From Verrucomicrobiota bacterium (GTDB lineage: Bacteria > Verrucomicrobiota > Verrucomicrobiia > Limisphaerales > JADLHS01), in assembly GCA_025350905.1 (NCBI GenBank), contig JANXWY010000207.1, forward strand, positions 7,747 to 71,746: a stretch of DNA of 64,000 bases, in the 5' to 3' direction. Numbering within the stretch: the stretch's first letter is position 1; each line of letters opens with the position of its first letter. Below the pieces are notes generated by a model that was given only the letters and a program-made list of their open reading frames with translations, was not told where the DNA came from and searched no databases. The translations under genes were made by a program, and so were the position numbers. Below, in pieces: positions 63,739-64,000 of this stretch.

Positions 63739-64000
63739 TTACGGCTTAGGCCGGGTGAGGTAGGCGAGCACGTCGGCGAGGTCTTGCGGCGTCAGCCCGA
63801 GTTGATCCGCGCTCAACATGAGCGAACGGCCCAGCGGTTTGCGGGATGCGATGCGTGCGGCTGGCACGGTTTGCGTCACTCCGGCGGTGGAACGCACGAT
63901 GAGCGGGTCGCCGCCCGAAAGAATCAGTCCGTGAATCTCCGTGCCGTCCTTGAGCTTGATCGCCGTGCCATCAAAGCCGTTGGAGATGTCCGCCGACGGC
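63739..64000 (-). CDS. 3' end of a second PVC-type heme-binding/dehydrogenase-family protein (5' part beyond the window)
   Basis: Not in the ORF track because no start lies in the window. The minus-strand frame reads ...DGTEIHGLILSGGDPLIVRSTAGVTQTVPAARIASRKPLGRSLMLSADQLGLTPQDLADVLAYLTRPKP*. This parallels the C-terminus of 15084..18053 (...LMPEGLESGLTPQAVADLLEFI). Confidence 0.7.
   Translation of the reverse strand, partial: PSADISNGFDGTAIKLKDGTEIHGLILSGGDPLIVRSTAGVTQTVPAARIASRKPLGRSLMLSADQLGLTPQDLADVLAYLTRPKP

Overview
GC-rich chromosomal segment (roughly 60% GC by eye, not computed). Gene content points to the PVC superphylum, most likely Verrucomicrobiota: PVC-type heme-binding dehydrogenase proteins, Ig-repeat exoproteins with YQW motifs, Ala/Pro-rich secretins and characteristic palindromic REP-like elements. 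I call about 47 protein-coding genes. I recognise no rRNA, tRNA, CRISPR array, transposase or integrase. Left to right: (1) a 5'-truncated SF1 helicase fused to a REase-like module and a WGR domain; (2) a hipBA toxin-antitoxin cassette bracketed by direct repeats; (3) a compact secretin cluster (GspE/PilB ATPase, GspL-like, GspM/PilO-like, secretin, Ig-domain exoprotein); (4) PPi-type phosphofructokinase, a PVC heme-binding dehydrogenase and a Tat amidohydrolase; (5) a TolC-MacA-MacB efflux operon; (6) an M50 protease, a membrane-fused spermidine-synthase-like protein and an M16 peptidase pair; (7) a porin-pstSCAB-phoU operon preceded by 11-bp-phased Pho-box-like heptamers; (8) a ~690-bp structured non-coding tract; (9) a pilMNOP-secretin operon; (10) an orphan 588-aa protein; (11) an unusual three-gene operon (DUF455-like diiron/ATP-grasp fusion, unknown protein, stand-alone CBM48); (12) a GcvR-like ACT protein; (13) tandem prohibitin paralogues plus a mini membrane protein; (14) TetR plus two tandem MFP-RND pairs; (15) a PaaK-like ligase; (16) the 3' end of another heme-binding protein. 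The best candidates for something undescribed are the diiron/ATP-grasp-CBM48 operon (45.3-48.9 kb), the helicase-REase-WGR plus repeat-bracketed hipBA corner (0-5.6 kb), and the reduced E-L-M-D secretin module with its Ig-domain neighbour (6-13.5 kb). All family assignments come from motifs read by eye and recalled family signatures; no database search was run. CDS ends follow the supplied ORF track. Short-motif coordinates were hand-counted and may be off by 1-2 nt.
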